The notes: generated by a model from the sequence alone, not told the origin. Counted from the whole stretch's first letter, positions 25,651-39,700 are shown. The stretch: DNA of 63,936 nt, filler included, from Reticulomyxa filosa (GCA_000512085.1; 17 parts of 17 records of this genome joined end to end with filler, not necessarily neighbours in it); one strand, 5' to 3'. Made by a program: numbers and translations.

Positions 25651-26678
25651 TTATTGTGCAGCAGGTTGAGCTTTGGCTTGTTTTTGTTTAGGTTTTTTTG
25701 GGATTGGCTTTCCAAAGTTTTTGGCTTGTCGAAACAAACGGGACCTTCTTCTTCCTTGTTTCAGGGCAACTTTAGCTTCCAATTTGCGTTTGAAGCCGCC
25801 CACAACTCTTCTCAATGTTGGATGAATTTTGAGACGAGCACTTTCACGTTCACGCAACTGCGCAACAGTTACTGTTTTCTTTTTTCTTGTTGATTCTTCC
25901 GCTGCTCTTAATTTAAGCAACTCCTTAGCCACAGCTTTTTTGAACTGTTTTAATAAAATAGATATAATAGAACATGGGGAAAAGGGAAAAAATGTTTTTA
26001 TATTTCACTGCAGCACTATCTCGCTTTTTTTTTTTTGGACATTATTATTCACTGTTTGCTAGCTTTTTTTTTTTAACTTGTCCTTTGACAAAATATAACT
26101 TGAATCGACCAAAGTCATTCAATTGTTCTACTCTACGCATACACAAATGTCTACGACCAGTAGCCGATGATTCCCAAATTTCCTTTATTTTTGAGTCTTC
26201 GACTGCTTTCACCAAGGCCTCGGGGGAAACGTCACGTGCCACTGGCAACTGTTTCGTTTATTCAATTATTTACAAATTTTTGCTTAAAGCACTAACGCGG
26301 TGAATCGCATTTTTTTTCTTCTTTTGAACAACTTTTAATGCCTTTTATTTTTTTTGCACAATTTGATAAATCAAAAAAAAAAACTTGTCTTAACTCGGTA
26401 TTTGGTCGCTTGAAGACGGCGGATTGGGTATGAACTTCGTTTCACTGAGGACAGTTTTCCTTTTGCACCATCTACTAAAACACGGTTTCGATCAATGAAA
26501 TCGACAATACAGACTAACTTTTGGTAGTCCGTTCCATAGACAATCAAACATATGCGTCCAGCTTGAATGTAACGTTCGTTTTTTTTATCCACGATTAAGT
26601 TCTTGTTGTCTATATTTTTTTTTATTGAAAAGGTTTTGTCGGCAAAGACAAGGGAAAATCGTGATTACCTGCAGACAT
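25651..26678 (-). CDS. RPL14: 60S ribosomal protein eL14 with a basic C-terminal extension, 4 exons
   Basis: RYIQAGRICLIVYG...LVCIVDFIDRNRVLVDG and W..SATGRR...LNDFGRFK. Confidence 0.92.
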
Positions 26679-27223
26679 TATAACGATCGACTTTGATTGC
26701 AGCCGTCAGTCAAACAAAATACCAATATCTGTTGTTCTAAACAAAAATTCAACCGTTCTCAGTTTTCCCCTCACTTTCGTCTTTTCGTACTTATCACGGT
26801 GTAATCTTTAGAGTTTAGCACAACAACTTTTCTTTTACATTCGAAGAAAATAAGTTATTACCAGGTAACGAAACGATACTTTTTGCTCGTTGAAGAATGT
26901 TACAAGGATCCAATTCTGCTGTGATTGTAAAAAAAAAGTGAAGTAAATGAATGCATAAAATGGACAGTCTTACGTATGAAATCTAATATTTCGAATGAAA
27001 AATGGAAAAATTATTTCGAGTAAAATATTTCTTAATTACAATTCCATCACAAACGTGCAAAACTTGTGATAATACTTCAAATCAGTAATTTGAAAAAAAA
27101 CAACAAAGCAAGAACAAAGGACACAAAAAGGTTGGTTTTTTTTTGTCGTTGTTTGTGGTACCATCATTTTAATTTCGTCAGTAATATTGGAACCACATAA
27201 ACAAACAGCCAAACTTCATAAAA

Positions 27224-27932
27224 ATGCGTATTTCTCATATTGTGAGCATTATTTGTGTGTTCTTCCACATAAGTGGAGGATTTTATCTCCCAGGTGTTCT
27301 ACCGCATGAATATCAATCAGGCGAGGCAATAAAAGTGAAAGTGAACAAATTGGACTCGGTTTTGACACAGCTACCTTATGACTATTACAGTTTGCCGTTC
27401 TGTCGACCGGGCGAGGGGATTAAGCAGGACACAGAAAACCTGGGCGAAGTATTGAGTGGAGACAAGATTGAGAACAGCGCGTACAAACTGACAATGAATA
27501 ACCCAGTTGAATGCCAAGCTTTATGCAAAAAAACTTATTCCAAAAAGGATCTGACGCACTTCCAACAAAAAATTGAAGAAAAATATCGTGTCAATTTGTT
27601 AAGTCGCCGCCCCCCGTTTATCACACTAATTAATATATATAAACATATATGTATATGTGCATACCTTCTTTCCAATTGTATTGTAATGATGAAAGTCAGT
27701 AACAATAAACTGAAAGAAAAGGGATTAGGGGAGAGAAGAGAGGTGCGGATATTTAAATAAAAAAAAAAAAATATAAAATAAACCAAATAAAAATAAAACA
27801 CACACACACAAATAGCATTGTCGACAACTTGCCTGCAGCGCAAAAGTTCAAAACAATCATTTCTGACGGAAAGAAAGAAAAAGAAGACTTTATTTATGAA
27901 AAGGGATTTCCTTTAGGCTACGTTGCTCATCA
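27224..27932 (+). CDS. TM9SF: Transmembrane 9 superfamily protein (nonaspanin/EMP70), N-terminal part
   Basis: Signal peptide, then FYLPGVLP, VKVNKLDS..TQLPYDYYSLPFC, ENLGEVLSGDKIENS, IVDNLPAA and YEKGFPLG. Confidence 0.93.
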
Positions 27933-28003
27933 AGTTAAATAGACCAAACAAAGTGGATTTGGGATATAAAAAAAAAAGACCCAAAATGTTCTGTAATACC
28001 CCT

Positions 28004-28040
<37 letters not shown>

Positions 28041-28140
28041 NNNNNNNNNNNNNNNNNNNNNNNNNNNNNNNNNNNNNNNNNNNNTTAATTAATTAANNNN
28101 NNNNNNNNNNNNNNNNNNNNNNNNNNNNNNNNNNNNNNNN

Positions 28141-29573
28141 ATTATCATTGTTATTATCATTGTCATTATCATTGTTATTATCATTGTCATTATCACTGTC
28201 ATTGATCTCATTTGTACTTTGTACTTTCATTGTCTTCATCCCTGCAAGTTTTCGTTTACTTCGATGTCGTTGATACTCTTTTACTTCTTTCTTTTGCTCA
28301 TGTGATTGTTGAGGTAATTTCTGTTGTAAATCTCTCAACGATAAATATTTCCAATGTTTGGGATCAGCATTAGCATTAAGTGATTGTTCATTGGTTAGTT
28401 TTTGTTTCATAATTTCCCAAGGATCTGTATCAATAGCTATATTAATGGAAGAAAATGTATCTTTCACATTGGTCGATCGACATAAATCCAATTGCTTAAA
28501 TGCATCGTCTAATGCATGGAATAAATCAACAAATCCATCCTCGGTTACTGCTGCACATACTACAACTTCTCCCAAGCCTAGTTCATAGCCTTGACTGATT
28601 ATTGGCTTTAAATCCACAAATGCAATACAAATATAAATATATACACATATATACACATATATAATATATATTATATTTATTATGATAATAACATACCAGA
28701 CCATATCTACCAGTACCAGATTTATTGGCAATTGGAATAATAGTTTTTAATTGAATATGACGTGATGAAGAATGATCGATTTGAGAATTGTAATAATCTA
28801 TTTTTTTTTTTAACCATTTGGCTAAAAATACATCTTGACTTGTTATTCCTACTTTGGCATCATACATAAATAATATTACATCAGCATAATCAATTGCTTT
28901 AGTTGCTTGTTCGATCATTCCTCTCTTTTTTATATGGATAAAAGTATTTATCATATATAAATATATACATATACATATATATTTTTATATATAATAATTT
29001 TACCAAAAGTTGTGATTTTTCATTCAAATCAATTTTTCGTTCACGTAATATTGGCTCAGATAATTCTTCAATACCTGGTGTATCTACTATAACAAATTCT
29101 AAATCTACTAACTTTGCTTGACCTTCTTGTCGATCTCTTGTCACTCCTGGTTTATCATCCACAATTGCTAAACGACTTCTACATAATTTATTAAATAATG
29201 TCGATTTTCCTACATTTGTTCGACCTATTATTGCTACACGTGGTCCTCGAAGTTCACTCTTTTTTATTTACATTTTTTCTGGAAATTTCTAATTCATTTA
29301 ATTCAAAAAAAAAAAATAATAATCAAATAAAATCAAAAATTCAACAAATTCATCAACTTGATGCAACCATGCTGGAGCCATTCCACCTTGACTTTTTTGC
29401 TTTCTTTTCATAGCTGCTGAATCCAATGAGTATCCATATGATTTTCTTACTTTATTCGCTTTTCCAAAAGTTCGTCTTGTTGTTAAGGATATTGGCATAC
29501 CAGAGAGTCCAGTTCTCCAAATTGAGAGTTTACAATCATCATTTTTAGACCATTTTCGTAATGTAAGTCCCAT
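28141..29573 (-). CDS. der: EngA/Der-family double GTPase (probably organelle-targeted), first G domain; 3' truncated
   Basis: [46 protein letters not shown] and PIANKS; basic N-terminal leader. Confidence 0.85.
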
Positions 29574-30554
29574 CCCAAATCAAGTTTTTTTTTCCAGTCA
29601 CCAGTCCCATACTTTTACAAAAATTTTCTACTATCCTTTCAGGTCTTATACTTAATCTTTACCATCCGACAACATATCAACAATTCTTCATTTACTTGTT
29701 AATAAAAGGACTGATGATGCATACAATATAATATCAACATTTGATAAAATAATATCCTGATATTGAATCTAGGACAAATTCTTATCTTATGGAGATGAAT
29801 TCTTCATTTAAAAAATGGTTTAATAGGTCAAAAGGAGAAAATCAATGCAAGTATTAAAAAAAATGTTGTAGGGCAAATCCCTATTAAGGTTAAACTTACT
29901 CAACAACTTACTTCTTACTTTGTTACTTTTCTTTACTTTCCTTTTGTTGTTTCATTTTATTATTTAATTTACTTTCGTTTTACAAAAACTCATATTCTCT
30001 TTTAAGTAAACACATCTTGTAATTACAGTTAGTGCATCAATACTATCAGCAGACGTCCCACAATGTGTTTGTATATTTTGTGAAATATTTTCAAATATTT
30101 CAAATATATCAATATCACCAAATTAACAACAGACTTTATACAACTATTATTTTCAAAATTTTTATTCCAAATTTGTACCTAATTGATAACATGTAGTGCA
30201 ATGATCTACTAATTACAGGATAAGCTTCATATGAACGAGGGAACCCTTTTTTTCATCAACAACATTCACTGTCTTCTTCTTTCACTTTTCTGTTTTGTAT
30301 GCTGCCTTCATCGAATTCACAAACGACTTCTTCGTATATTCATTGTTTTCAACTATCCTACCAATGCCTCAATCAAGTCGATGCATCTTATTTTCACTTA
30401 CAACTTCTTTTTTGTTATTATCTTAAAATGAAAATAACTATATTTAAAAAAAAAAAACATATAAGTGGACTCTTTATCATTCGACTTGACTTGCCACCTA
30501 TAAACATATTGGCAACAATTTGTGCCACACCATTAACTTACTTTAATAACAAAC

Positions 30555-30660
30555 TACAATAACAACAGCAATAATTACTATAATAACAACATAATAATAA
30601 TAATATTCGCAATAACAATACCATAATAATAACAATAATAATAAAATAATAATTTATTAT
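30555..30660. repeat. (AAT/AAC)n microsatellite
   Basis: Imperfect AAT/AAC triplet run; similar runs at 14685-14720, 36590-36678 and 45788-45830. Confidence 0.8.
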
Positions 30661-31027
30661 AGAATTCTGTAAAAAAAAACACTAACTAGCCTGATTTTAT
30701 CGTTTTAATATAAATAATACTGGTACAATACTATACAAAGTCATAAACATAATTTATTATAAATAATATATTAGTGTTAATAGCATGGCACAAGTTGTTG
30801 CAATTGATAAATTATTCTTTGGCACAATGTAATGATATTTATGCATACAATTGTGCTTGTCATAGTAATGGTTATTGGACTAGTAATTGAGCTTGCATAT
30901 TAATGATAATTTACATAGTAGTAATGCTGATATTGAACTGGTAATTGAGTTGCCATTGAGATAAACTTAACGTGACAAATGTTATTGTCATATTATATCG
31001 TGATACGAGTTAATTTGGGCAAAGATG

Positions 31028-31750
31028 TCAATCAGCTTTCGTTACTGCTAGTCCTTTCGCAAGCAAAGCTTTCTTGACATTTCTTGTCGCTTTTCGGCTT
31101 GCTGCCACTGTCGCTGGAGCATTTGCTGCGCACTTTGCAGTGGATTTAGCTCTAGCTTTAGTGATGGCATCTGTTTTCTTCGAGTCTAATGCTATTATCA
31201 TAACATAATCATTAAAAAAAACACAAAGAAAAAGTAATTTAATAATATATGTCAAATTATTATAAATTTTTGTTGTTGTTGACCCTCCAACATTCCCTTT
31301 TTTTATCCCTTTTTATTGAATATTACGTATACATTTATATGTATACGTAAATATCATAAAAAAAAAGAAACTTAGTTTGTCTTGTTTTGCAGCTCATGCA
31401 GCAGCAGTCTTCTTTGCATTGTAGACTTTTCCATTTACAGTATGGGCTGCTATTTTTACACATGCTTTGCCTTTGACAGCGCCCCCAACTGGTGTTTTGC
31501 CCGACTTCTTGGCAATGATTTTGGTGAACTTGGCCTTTATCACATCTTTGCCGATTTCGTGGACGCTCGGACTCTGTCATGTCTGGCCGTCGTTGACTAA
31601 ATCTTGCTCTTGTTTGCTATACTTGATCGCCTAAGAGCTGTCAGCTGTGAGTGGTCAACTTCGCATCGCAGTAGTCAGAAAAAAAAACATATAAAGTATG
31701 TCCCAACAAGTGCCATCAACATACGTTGCGTTTTGTGTGATGTACTTGCA
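31028..31750 (-). pseudogene. Histone H1-like pseudogene
   Basis: One frame reads DSS*AIKY..LVNDGQT*..KAKFTKIIAKKSGK..AKKTAAA*AAK, followed by a K/A-rich last exon (KARAKSTAK..ASRKATR). Three in-frame stops at 31631, 31577 and 31394. Confidence 0.45.
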
Positions 31751-32276
31751 GTTCAAGTTATTGTTGTAGCACTATTCAGGACACCAAAACTGAACGAACG
31801 TAATGTAAGTGTCGTTTGGCACGGGTGTTGCACTGAAGCGAATGGCCATGCCACAAGCCACTAAACATGCAAAAAATAGAATACAGCTGCGGAATATTGT
31901 CTCTGACAAAAAGATAAAAAGATTATGAAGATAGTCAAATTTGCAATAAATGGTTTGCTTACAGACATGATTATCATTTCTTAAGGGATGAGTTGAATGA
32001 TTATATGTATGAAGGATATTTTAGTAGATATAAAACCACTTTTTTCTTTTGGTACGAAATAAATACCATTTTTCACGATCGTTTTTTTCATGACAATATA
32101 TCACAATTTTGCTTGTTAACAATATTCTTTTAAATTTGACTTTAAAAAAGTTGAAACAATTTGAAAGAGTTTGCACTGAGCAATGCTTCTGTGCCTTCTA
32201 CACTACTTTGTTGCTGCGAACGTGCCAAACAATGCAGCAACAGCAAAGGCAAAAGTACAATGATCAAAAGCTTTGT

Positions 32277-33488
32277 TTAACAGCATTTTTCCACAATACG
32301 TGGACCTGTTTCATCATATTCTGATTTTTGGATCCAGAGTTCATCAAACGTACACGATGAAGACAAGATGCATCCCCCAACACAGGTCGAGTACTTGCGA
32401 TCTGGAGGAGCAACTACTTTAATGGATGTGACTTCAGGAGCCACATTTGTAATTTCTTTTTGCATTCGTTCTGCAATGCCATTAAACATGGTGTTGCCTC
32501 CACTCATCACAATGTTGTTATACAGGTCTTTTCGAATATCGACTTCAGACGCCATGATGGATCGAAACGTCAATTGGTGAATACCTTCTTGTTTCAATCC
32601 CATTGCACTTGGATCGAACAATAACTCTGCACATTGAAAACGCTCCGCGCCAACAGTGATTACTTCATCGTCAGGTAATCTATAGTCCCTCTCAACCTCA
32701 CTTGGATGTGCCTCTACTTTTTTCAATTCGGAGCCATAGTCCAAAGCAACATAAGTCAATTGTTCTTTTATGTGAGTAAGTATGTCTTTTTCTGTCACAG
32801 TGGTGAAAGAGTGTCCCTTCACAGCCCAAATTTTTTGCAAGTATTCGACCAAATCTCGTCCACCCAAATCTAAACGTGAGACTGCATGTGGCAAACAGTA
32901 TCCCTCATAGATTGGGACTAAATGAGTCACACCGTCGCCACTATCGCATACAATACCTGTTATTTGTCCATTTGCATATAATGACAACAACCCTTGAATT
33001 GCCACGTAGAACTTTGGCGTGTTGAAGGTTTCGAACATTATTTCTGTCATTTTTCCCTGTTTGCTGTTGGCGTAAGAGGGCGCTCTGTTAAAAGCACCCC
33101 ATGTTCCTCGGGTTGTATGTTGAGAGCTCTGATTTAATAAAATTCAACCAAAATCGAGTTTTTAAAAATTTTTTGTTTTTTTTTTTGCATTTTCTTGCAC
33201 AATTAACGTATAAAAAGTGTGATGCCAGGTTTTTTCCATGTCTTCCCAGTTGGTCACAACACCGCGCTCAATTGGACACCGCAACGACAAAATACCCTTT
33301 TTGGCCTGGGCTTCCTCACCCACGTAACAGTCTTTTTGTGTCATTCCAATCTTCATTCCACTCTCCCTTAAACTTCCAACAATTGTTGGAAACACAGCTC
33401 GTGGGCCATCGTCCCCAGAAAACCCCGCTTTTATCGTTCCACCCCCATTATCAATCACGCACGTCGTGAGCTCATTATCTTTAGACAT
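32277..33488 (-). CDS. ACT: Divergent actin, 2 exons, with a 1-nt frameshift at 33050-33054
   Basis: [55 protein letters not shown] and [14 protein letters not shown]; intron at about 33208-33130. Confidence 0.92.
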
Positions 33489-33880
33489 TTTTTTTATTTT
33501 CTTTTTGAAAGCGGTAATGTTGCTACCTTGCACAATATTAAAAATTTCGAAGTAATACTTAAACTTTTTACGTCTAGGTACAGCGTCTGATAACAATTGT
33601 TGAAAGTAAATGATAATTACTTCAACAAAAAAAAGACGTGAATTACCTCTGGATTTATCTGATCCAGAATTTTAGTCAATCACAATTCATTTGTTTTCTA
33701 TGCTGATTTTTTTCAAGAACCTCAAGTGGTACTGAACTATAAGAATTGTAAGAACGTTTTGTTTTCAAAAAACTTTGGTTGGGATGTACTTTTCTTTTGG
33801 TAAATAGTTTCGAAATAATGATAAACACATCAACATGTGCATCAGAAAACTAAGCAAAATTGACGCATTTACTTATTAAA

Positions 33881-35079
33881 ATGGACGCAAGTGATATGAA
33901 ATCAAAGCAAATGTCGACCACAGACATAGCACGACAGTTTGAAATTCTAACCCGTTTGCCAACCCCATTTGATCGAAGCCAGTGTGTGATGCACAAGCAC
34001 GAAATCCTTATTTGTGGAGGTTGGAAAGAGATCAACTGTTATTCATACCATATCCTTAAAAACCAATACAAGTACATATGCTCTTATCCAAAGAATGTCC
34101 AACTGTTTGGACATACGGTGGTGAAACGTGTGAACAATGACAGTCGAAATGGCATTACTTTGTTGTCGTTTGGTGGAATGTATAATCATGCAGTGGTAAT
34201 GCATTACGTGAGTGTTTGGGATGATGATGATGATGATGATGATGAGAATGATAGAGTTGCAAATAACAAAACAAGCACTACTAATATATGGCTTCCATTG
34301 ATTGACAATCACAACAAGCCGATTTATATTGGTACAAATGAAGAAGATTACAAAGGAGTTCGTGCAGTGATTGGTGGAAGCAAAAAAGCATTTGTTGTTT
34401 ATCACTTATCCTCCAAAGAATATTGATATATTCGATCTGGATGCATTTCAGTATGTCAATCGTAGCAATTTACCAATTGATAGTTGTCTGTTCTATCATT
34501 GTTTTGTATTGACATCGAACAATGAAATTGAAACTGCAAAAAAGCACATAAAACAAAGCCAGAGTGAAATGTTACTATTTTACAAAAATCTGGGTTTGTC
34601 AATTGTGTACGACGAAGATAGTAATATATTTGCCTTTTATAAAATATGGGTTTGCTCGACAATGAGATCACTCTTCCGTCATGGATAATGTATGCACTAA
34701 TGATAGCGTCTTATTCTTTGGTGGTCTGTCAGATGGCTGGATTCAACAAAAGGCAATTCACAAATATTCGAATAGAGAAAACAAATGGACGTGCTTCGAG
34801 CACACACATTGCCTGTGCCGTTAAGTGGGTGCTGTTGCAATATTGAGCGATGATAACAAATATATACATATTCTTGGGGGTTATGATAATCAAGATGTCG
34901 TTGCAACGCACATGAAGACGAAAGTAGATGGATGGATGCGAGAAACAACAGAAAGAGAGAAAAGATGGATCATTGAAGAAGAACAAAAAAGATTCATTGA
35001 AGAAAAAAGAATGGAGATAGAAGAAATGCAACATGAAATAAAAGCAATGAAACAAGAATTTAATATAAAAAAAATTTAA
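33881..35079 (+). pseudogene. Kelch-like beta-propeller gene with several frameshifts
   Basis: Colinear with 54054-55241 (QCVMHKHEILICGG, GVRAVIGG, YHCFV, IHILGG). The frame changes at about 34385, 34687 and 34805. Confidence 0.75.
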
Positions 35080-35087
35080 AGTTAGTT

Positions 35088-35120
<33 letters not shown>

Positions 35121-35232
35121 TTTTTATAAAAANNNNNNNNNNNNNNNNNNNNNNNNNNNNNNNNNNNNNNNNNNNNTTAATTAATTAANNNNNNNNNNNN
35201 NNNNNNNNNNNNNNNNNNNNNNNNNNNNNNNN

Positions 35233-35780
35233 GTATGTAGAATTTGAGCACACACATGCATATATGCACATGCACACATACAACGGCATTTTTTCCGTTC
35301 GTTGCATTGTTATTTTTTCTCGCATCTTTGGATTTTTCATTTACTTTTTCGTCTTCATTATCATGCTCACTGTTGTGAGTGCTAGTTTTGTAGTAGATGA
35401 ATGTGAAATGTATTGTGCTTTGCAACGTTTGGAAACTTTGCTTACAAAAATAAATAAATAAAAAAATAAATAAATTTGTTGTTATTCATTATACTCAACT
35501 AATCTCTTTCATTGTGTTTGTCCGCTACGTTTGTCGCAACAATATCAGCAGCAAGCAGCCCGTCTTCATTTGCTTCTTCGCGTTCGGGCTCAATCTCGGC
35601 CAAAGGGGACGTGCTTTCAAAAATTGCCATGAGGGATTGACATATTTGCTCGCGCAATATAGTGCGAGTTGTTCTTTGCATTCGCATGCACTAGTTATAC
35701 CCATAGTATAAAAAAAAAAGGGTACAAAAAAATATGACATGAATCGTGATATCCATGACATGCATATAACATATTGGGAG

Positions 35781-35814
<34 letters not shown>

Positions 35815-36678
35815 TAGTGTATATACATGGACGAAAAGAAAAGATATGTGTAACTAATTCCATCAAGTAGTTCATGACGTGAACTTTTGACTTTCCGTGG
35901 ATATCAAAGTGTAAATTTTGCACACAGCGATGTAATATGACAAATTGTTGAATGTCTTTGTTCGATGTGATCCTGCTGCTGACATAGCTGTCCCACAGTG
36001 CTAATATGCGATTGCAGATAAAGTTCAAGTACTTGCGAGAGATGACACTAGGCATTTCGATCACATCCAAACAACAGCACGCGATTCAAAGAGTGATAAA
36101 AAGGAGGAGAGAAAAGACATATATGTATGTGTATATACGTAAAAAAAAAATAAAAATAAACTTACCCAAGTAATTCAGCCACACTGTCTCTCAACTCTTT
36201 GCTATGTAAAGAGTTGAGCCTGCCAAAGCAAAAAGAGATAATGTCATTGACAATGTCATCAAACTCGGCGGTGAACACGGCATCGTAATCGAAGTGGAAA
36301 TTGTGTAGCATGTGTTCGACCACTTCCGTCAGCGTTTGAATGATGCAAACACAAATGGATTGGTACGTGTGAAAGTATGTTTCGACATCGCCTTTGCACC
36401 ACGTCTCTTCGCTCTTCGTGTCCACGCTATCGACGGCCGATGTCCAATTCGCAGCGTTGTCCGAGGTGGTGCTATTCGCATTTGTCGTCCGACCATTTTT
36501 TTGGGCGGCAAGAGATTTCCGAGGGTTCGGATTTCTGTTGTCGAAATCACTAGTGCTACTTTCTCTGCTTATATTGAACGTATTGTTATTCTTATTGTTA
36601 TGATTATTATTGTTATTGTTATTATTATTGCTATTATTATTATTATTAATATTAATATTATTATTATTATTAATATTA
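35233..36678 (-). CDS. Fragment of a large helical-solenoid protein, possibly the Furry/Tao3 (MOR2-PAG1) N-terminal region
   Basis: Spliced helical segments RDSVAELLG|VISRKYLNFICNRI..QFVILHRCVQNLHF weakly recall Furry N-terminal motifs. Confidence 0.35.
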
Positions 36679-36778
36679 NNNNNNNNNNNNNNNNNNNNNN
36701 NNNNNNNNNNNNNNNNNNNNNNTTAATTAATTAANNNNNNNNNNNNNNNNNNNNNNNNNNNNNNNNNNNNNNNNNNNN

Positions 36779-39700
36779 CCGTCCAGGTCTTTTTTTTAAA
36801 AAACATAGATAGCATAAATATTGAATTTCTGCCCTCATCTCCCTTATATCTCAACAGCAACCGACAAACAATAACAAACCTGCACGTGAAGCTTCTCATT
36901 TGACTGTACTGCCCATCGGCACCTTTAGGTATCATATTGTCTATTTTTTCAAATTTCAAAGTCTATCATTACACACCGTTTAAAAAAAAATATATAGTCA
37001 GATTAACCCCCTTTTTTTTTCAGTGTTAATAGATACTCGTTATCCAATGCCGTATTTGTTTCTTCACTTTCGCTGTCGTCTGTTGGTTTCCACTTCCGGG
37101 ATCAATTGAATCGTAACAATTGAGCTTCGTTTGGCGAAAATACCACTTGATTGGGACCTACATTTTGCATCCAAATCAAATCATTATCAATTGGCTCAAG
37201 GAAAAAAAAAACACCTAGAAGTGTCGACATTTATTGTACGACATCATGAGCACCATGAGTTTATACGTCTATAAAAAAAGGACACACATCATTACATATT
37301 AAAAAAATTGTTTCTAAAAAAAAAACTTAATCCAATTACAATAACTTCGCTCAGCAAAAGGAGGACAACCAACGCATTTGATGAAACATGTTGCCCCTTC
37401 ATTGGAGAAAATTACGCAATCGTTGGATTTGAACGGTTTCAATTGGAAGGCCGTATTCAAGATTTTCAGATCCATGGCTTCTCCCGCGCTGTGCCATTAT
37501 GTCCAACTCCAAACCGATAGTTCTCCTTTCGTGATAATAGGTTTCTCCAATGTACTCACCACTCACGCTTTCCGTCGAAATAACTGTACGTAGCCTCCAA
37601 TATTGAATTTGATTTTCGGTTATTGCTCTTGCGGCAGTGGCGTTGTCTCATTTTCGTCATCGATGTTATTATCATTGCTCCTGTCAGCTTGCTTTCTAAA
37701 AAAAACAACATCCAACAATAATCAAGCACTTATTTTATTTTATTTTTTCTAAAAACAAATAAACAAATCATACAACTGACCACAGATTCTACAACGAAGT
37801 TATATCCAGTTGTGCACTAGAATGCAATAAAATTAAATCAAAACAAGACAAGAATAAATAAATAAATTGAAAGTAACCTTAAAATGAATCTTTCCTCCCG
37901 CAATTCAGTCGGTTGAGTTAGGACAACTATATTTCAATAATTTTTCGTTGAAAACTCCACATTGCAAGATAACGCACGACACATACTTACCTCCCAAAAT
38001 TCGAGAAAGCGATGAAAAAGCAGAATGAATGGAAATGCGGAAGAAAACGAAAGCGAAGACGAAAAAGCGAAACATGGACGGGTAAAAAACATGGTGGTAA
38101 ATTTCGTTAACGTAGCTGTCGTCGATCGAGTTTGTTCTTTATCTTCAATCGCTTTTTTTTTTATATCGTCCAAAGATATTTTACCATTCATCCGTTCACT
38201 GGCCGAGTTTCCATTGTGTTATTTTTCACGAGTTAAGCTGCGAGTTGGAGGAGTGAATGTTTTCAAATGATACAATCGTATTTGAATTGGTCTTTTCGTC
38301 CAACACTTCGATATGGTCTTTCCGCAATTATTATTTGCTGATCAAGTGTCGTTCGTACTTTTCCATCGCTATTATGTCGGCTACGTAACGTCAACAAGCA
38401 AGTATTCACTGTTTTTCGGTACACTGTATTGAAACACGCATAAATATGATAATACAAGGTAAGTATAGTCTTTTTTTTTGTTGTTGTTGTGAACTTGTGA
38501 TATTTCTTCAATCGCAGTCATTGATTCATCAATTATCGGGTTCGGTTCACATTTCTCGCTGCGACTAAAGGCAGCCAAGACAATCCATTTCACAACACAT
38601 GTACGATCACAATCCAATTCAACACGATCGCCAATATTTTTTGCTTCTTGGGTCGATTCTGTCATCGTCACCGTCAGCACTTCCACTACATTGACTTTTC
38701 CGTCATGCCTCCCCCCTTTGTATACATTGAGCAACTCCAAAATGATCACTTACTCGTATTTGCTAAATTTCAATGAACTTGCCATCGCTTAATTTTGCCA
38801 CGAATCATTTTTACTTTGTCGCTGACTTTGCAAATTTAGACGAATTGAATCAGGACCAGACTCCGTCGTACTGATCCAAGTTCAAGCAGCAAAACCCACA
38901 CTCAAAGCATCTGGATCAGTCTTGGCAATGCGAATGGTAATGAATTCTTTAGATTCAATCATTTGCAGATATCTGCCACTCGCTCAACTCAACGACAATG
39001 GCAATTTGATTTTTGGAACGACTTTCCCTAAGAAGCAAATGGTACTAATTGCGCTGCTTCGTTCAAACATGGCTCTCTATTAAAGGCATCCAATCAATCG
39101 TCCGTGGGCAAACTCCAATGATATTTCCCAGGTAAACAATAGGACCACGTTTTTTTCCTTTACTTCCAAGTGCTTTTTCCTTTCTTTTTGCTGTACAATT
39201 TCACCTTCCATCGTTGTTTTTCTTGTAACATAGTCGATCGTCTTTACCACTCGGCCATTGAAGTTCGTCATGCATTTCGCGACAGACGAGCATATATGTG
39301 TGGAGTTACGCGATTAATTGGGCAAACATAATCGCACGCACAAAGGAATACGTACTTTACGTATCGATCAAGGCGATGGTCATTTGTGAAAGAAGCAAAC
39401 GCCTCCACAACGATGATCACAGTTGCTAATATTTGGAACGACGATACCCAGAATGTGAATGCAATCTTTGAAGTTGCAACCCCTCCTAGAGCTTACAAAT
39501 GTGTCTGCATGGTGTATCGACACTGAATATTGGATCTATTGCTTGAAAAAGTATGTTTTTTATATACATATTCAACATAATATCTTTATACGTATATTGA
39601 TTATTTATGTAGTATTTGCTGCTTGAAATTTTTTAATAGATATTTAAGATTGTACAAATGAAAATATGCAGTTGTTGCTGTTTACATTGCTATTGGTACT

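Noticed and set aside
32277-32290. C-terminal CC of actin as a prenylation signal
   Set aside because: CC geranylgeranylation requires REP recognition of a Rab fold. This is more likely a simple F-to-C change.
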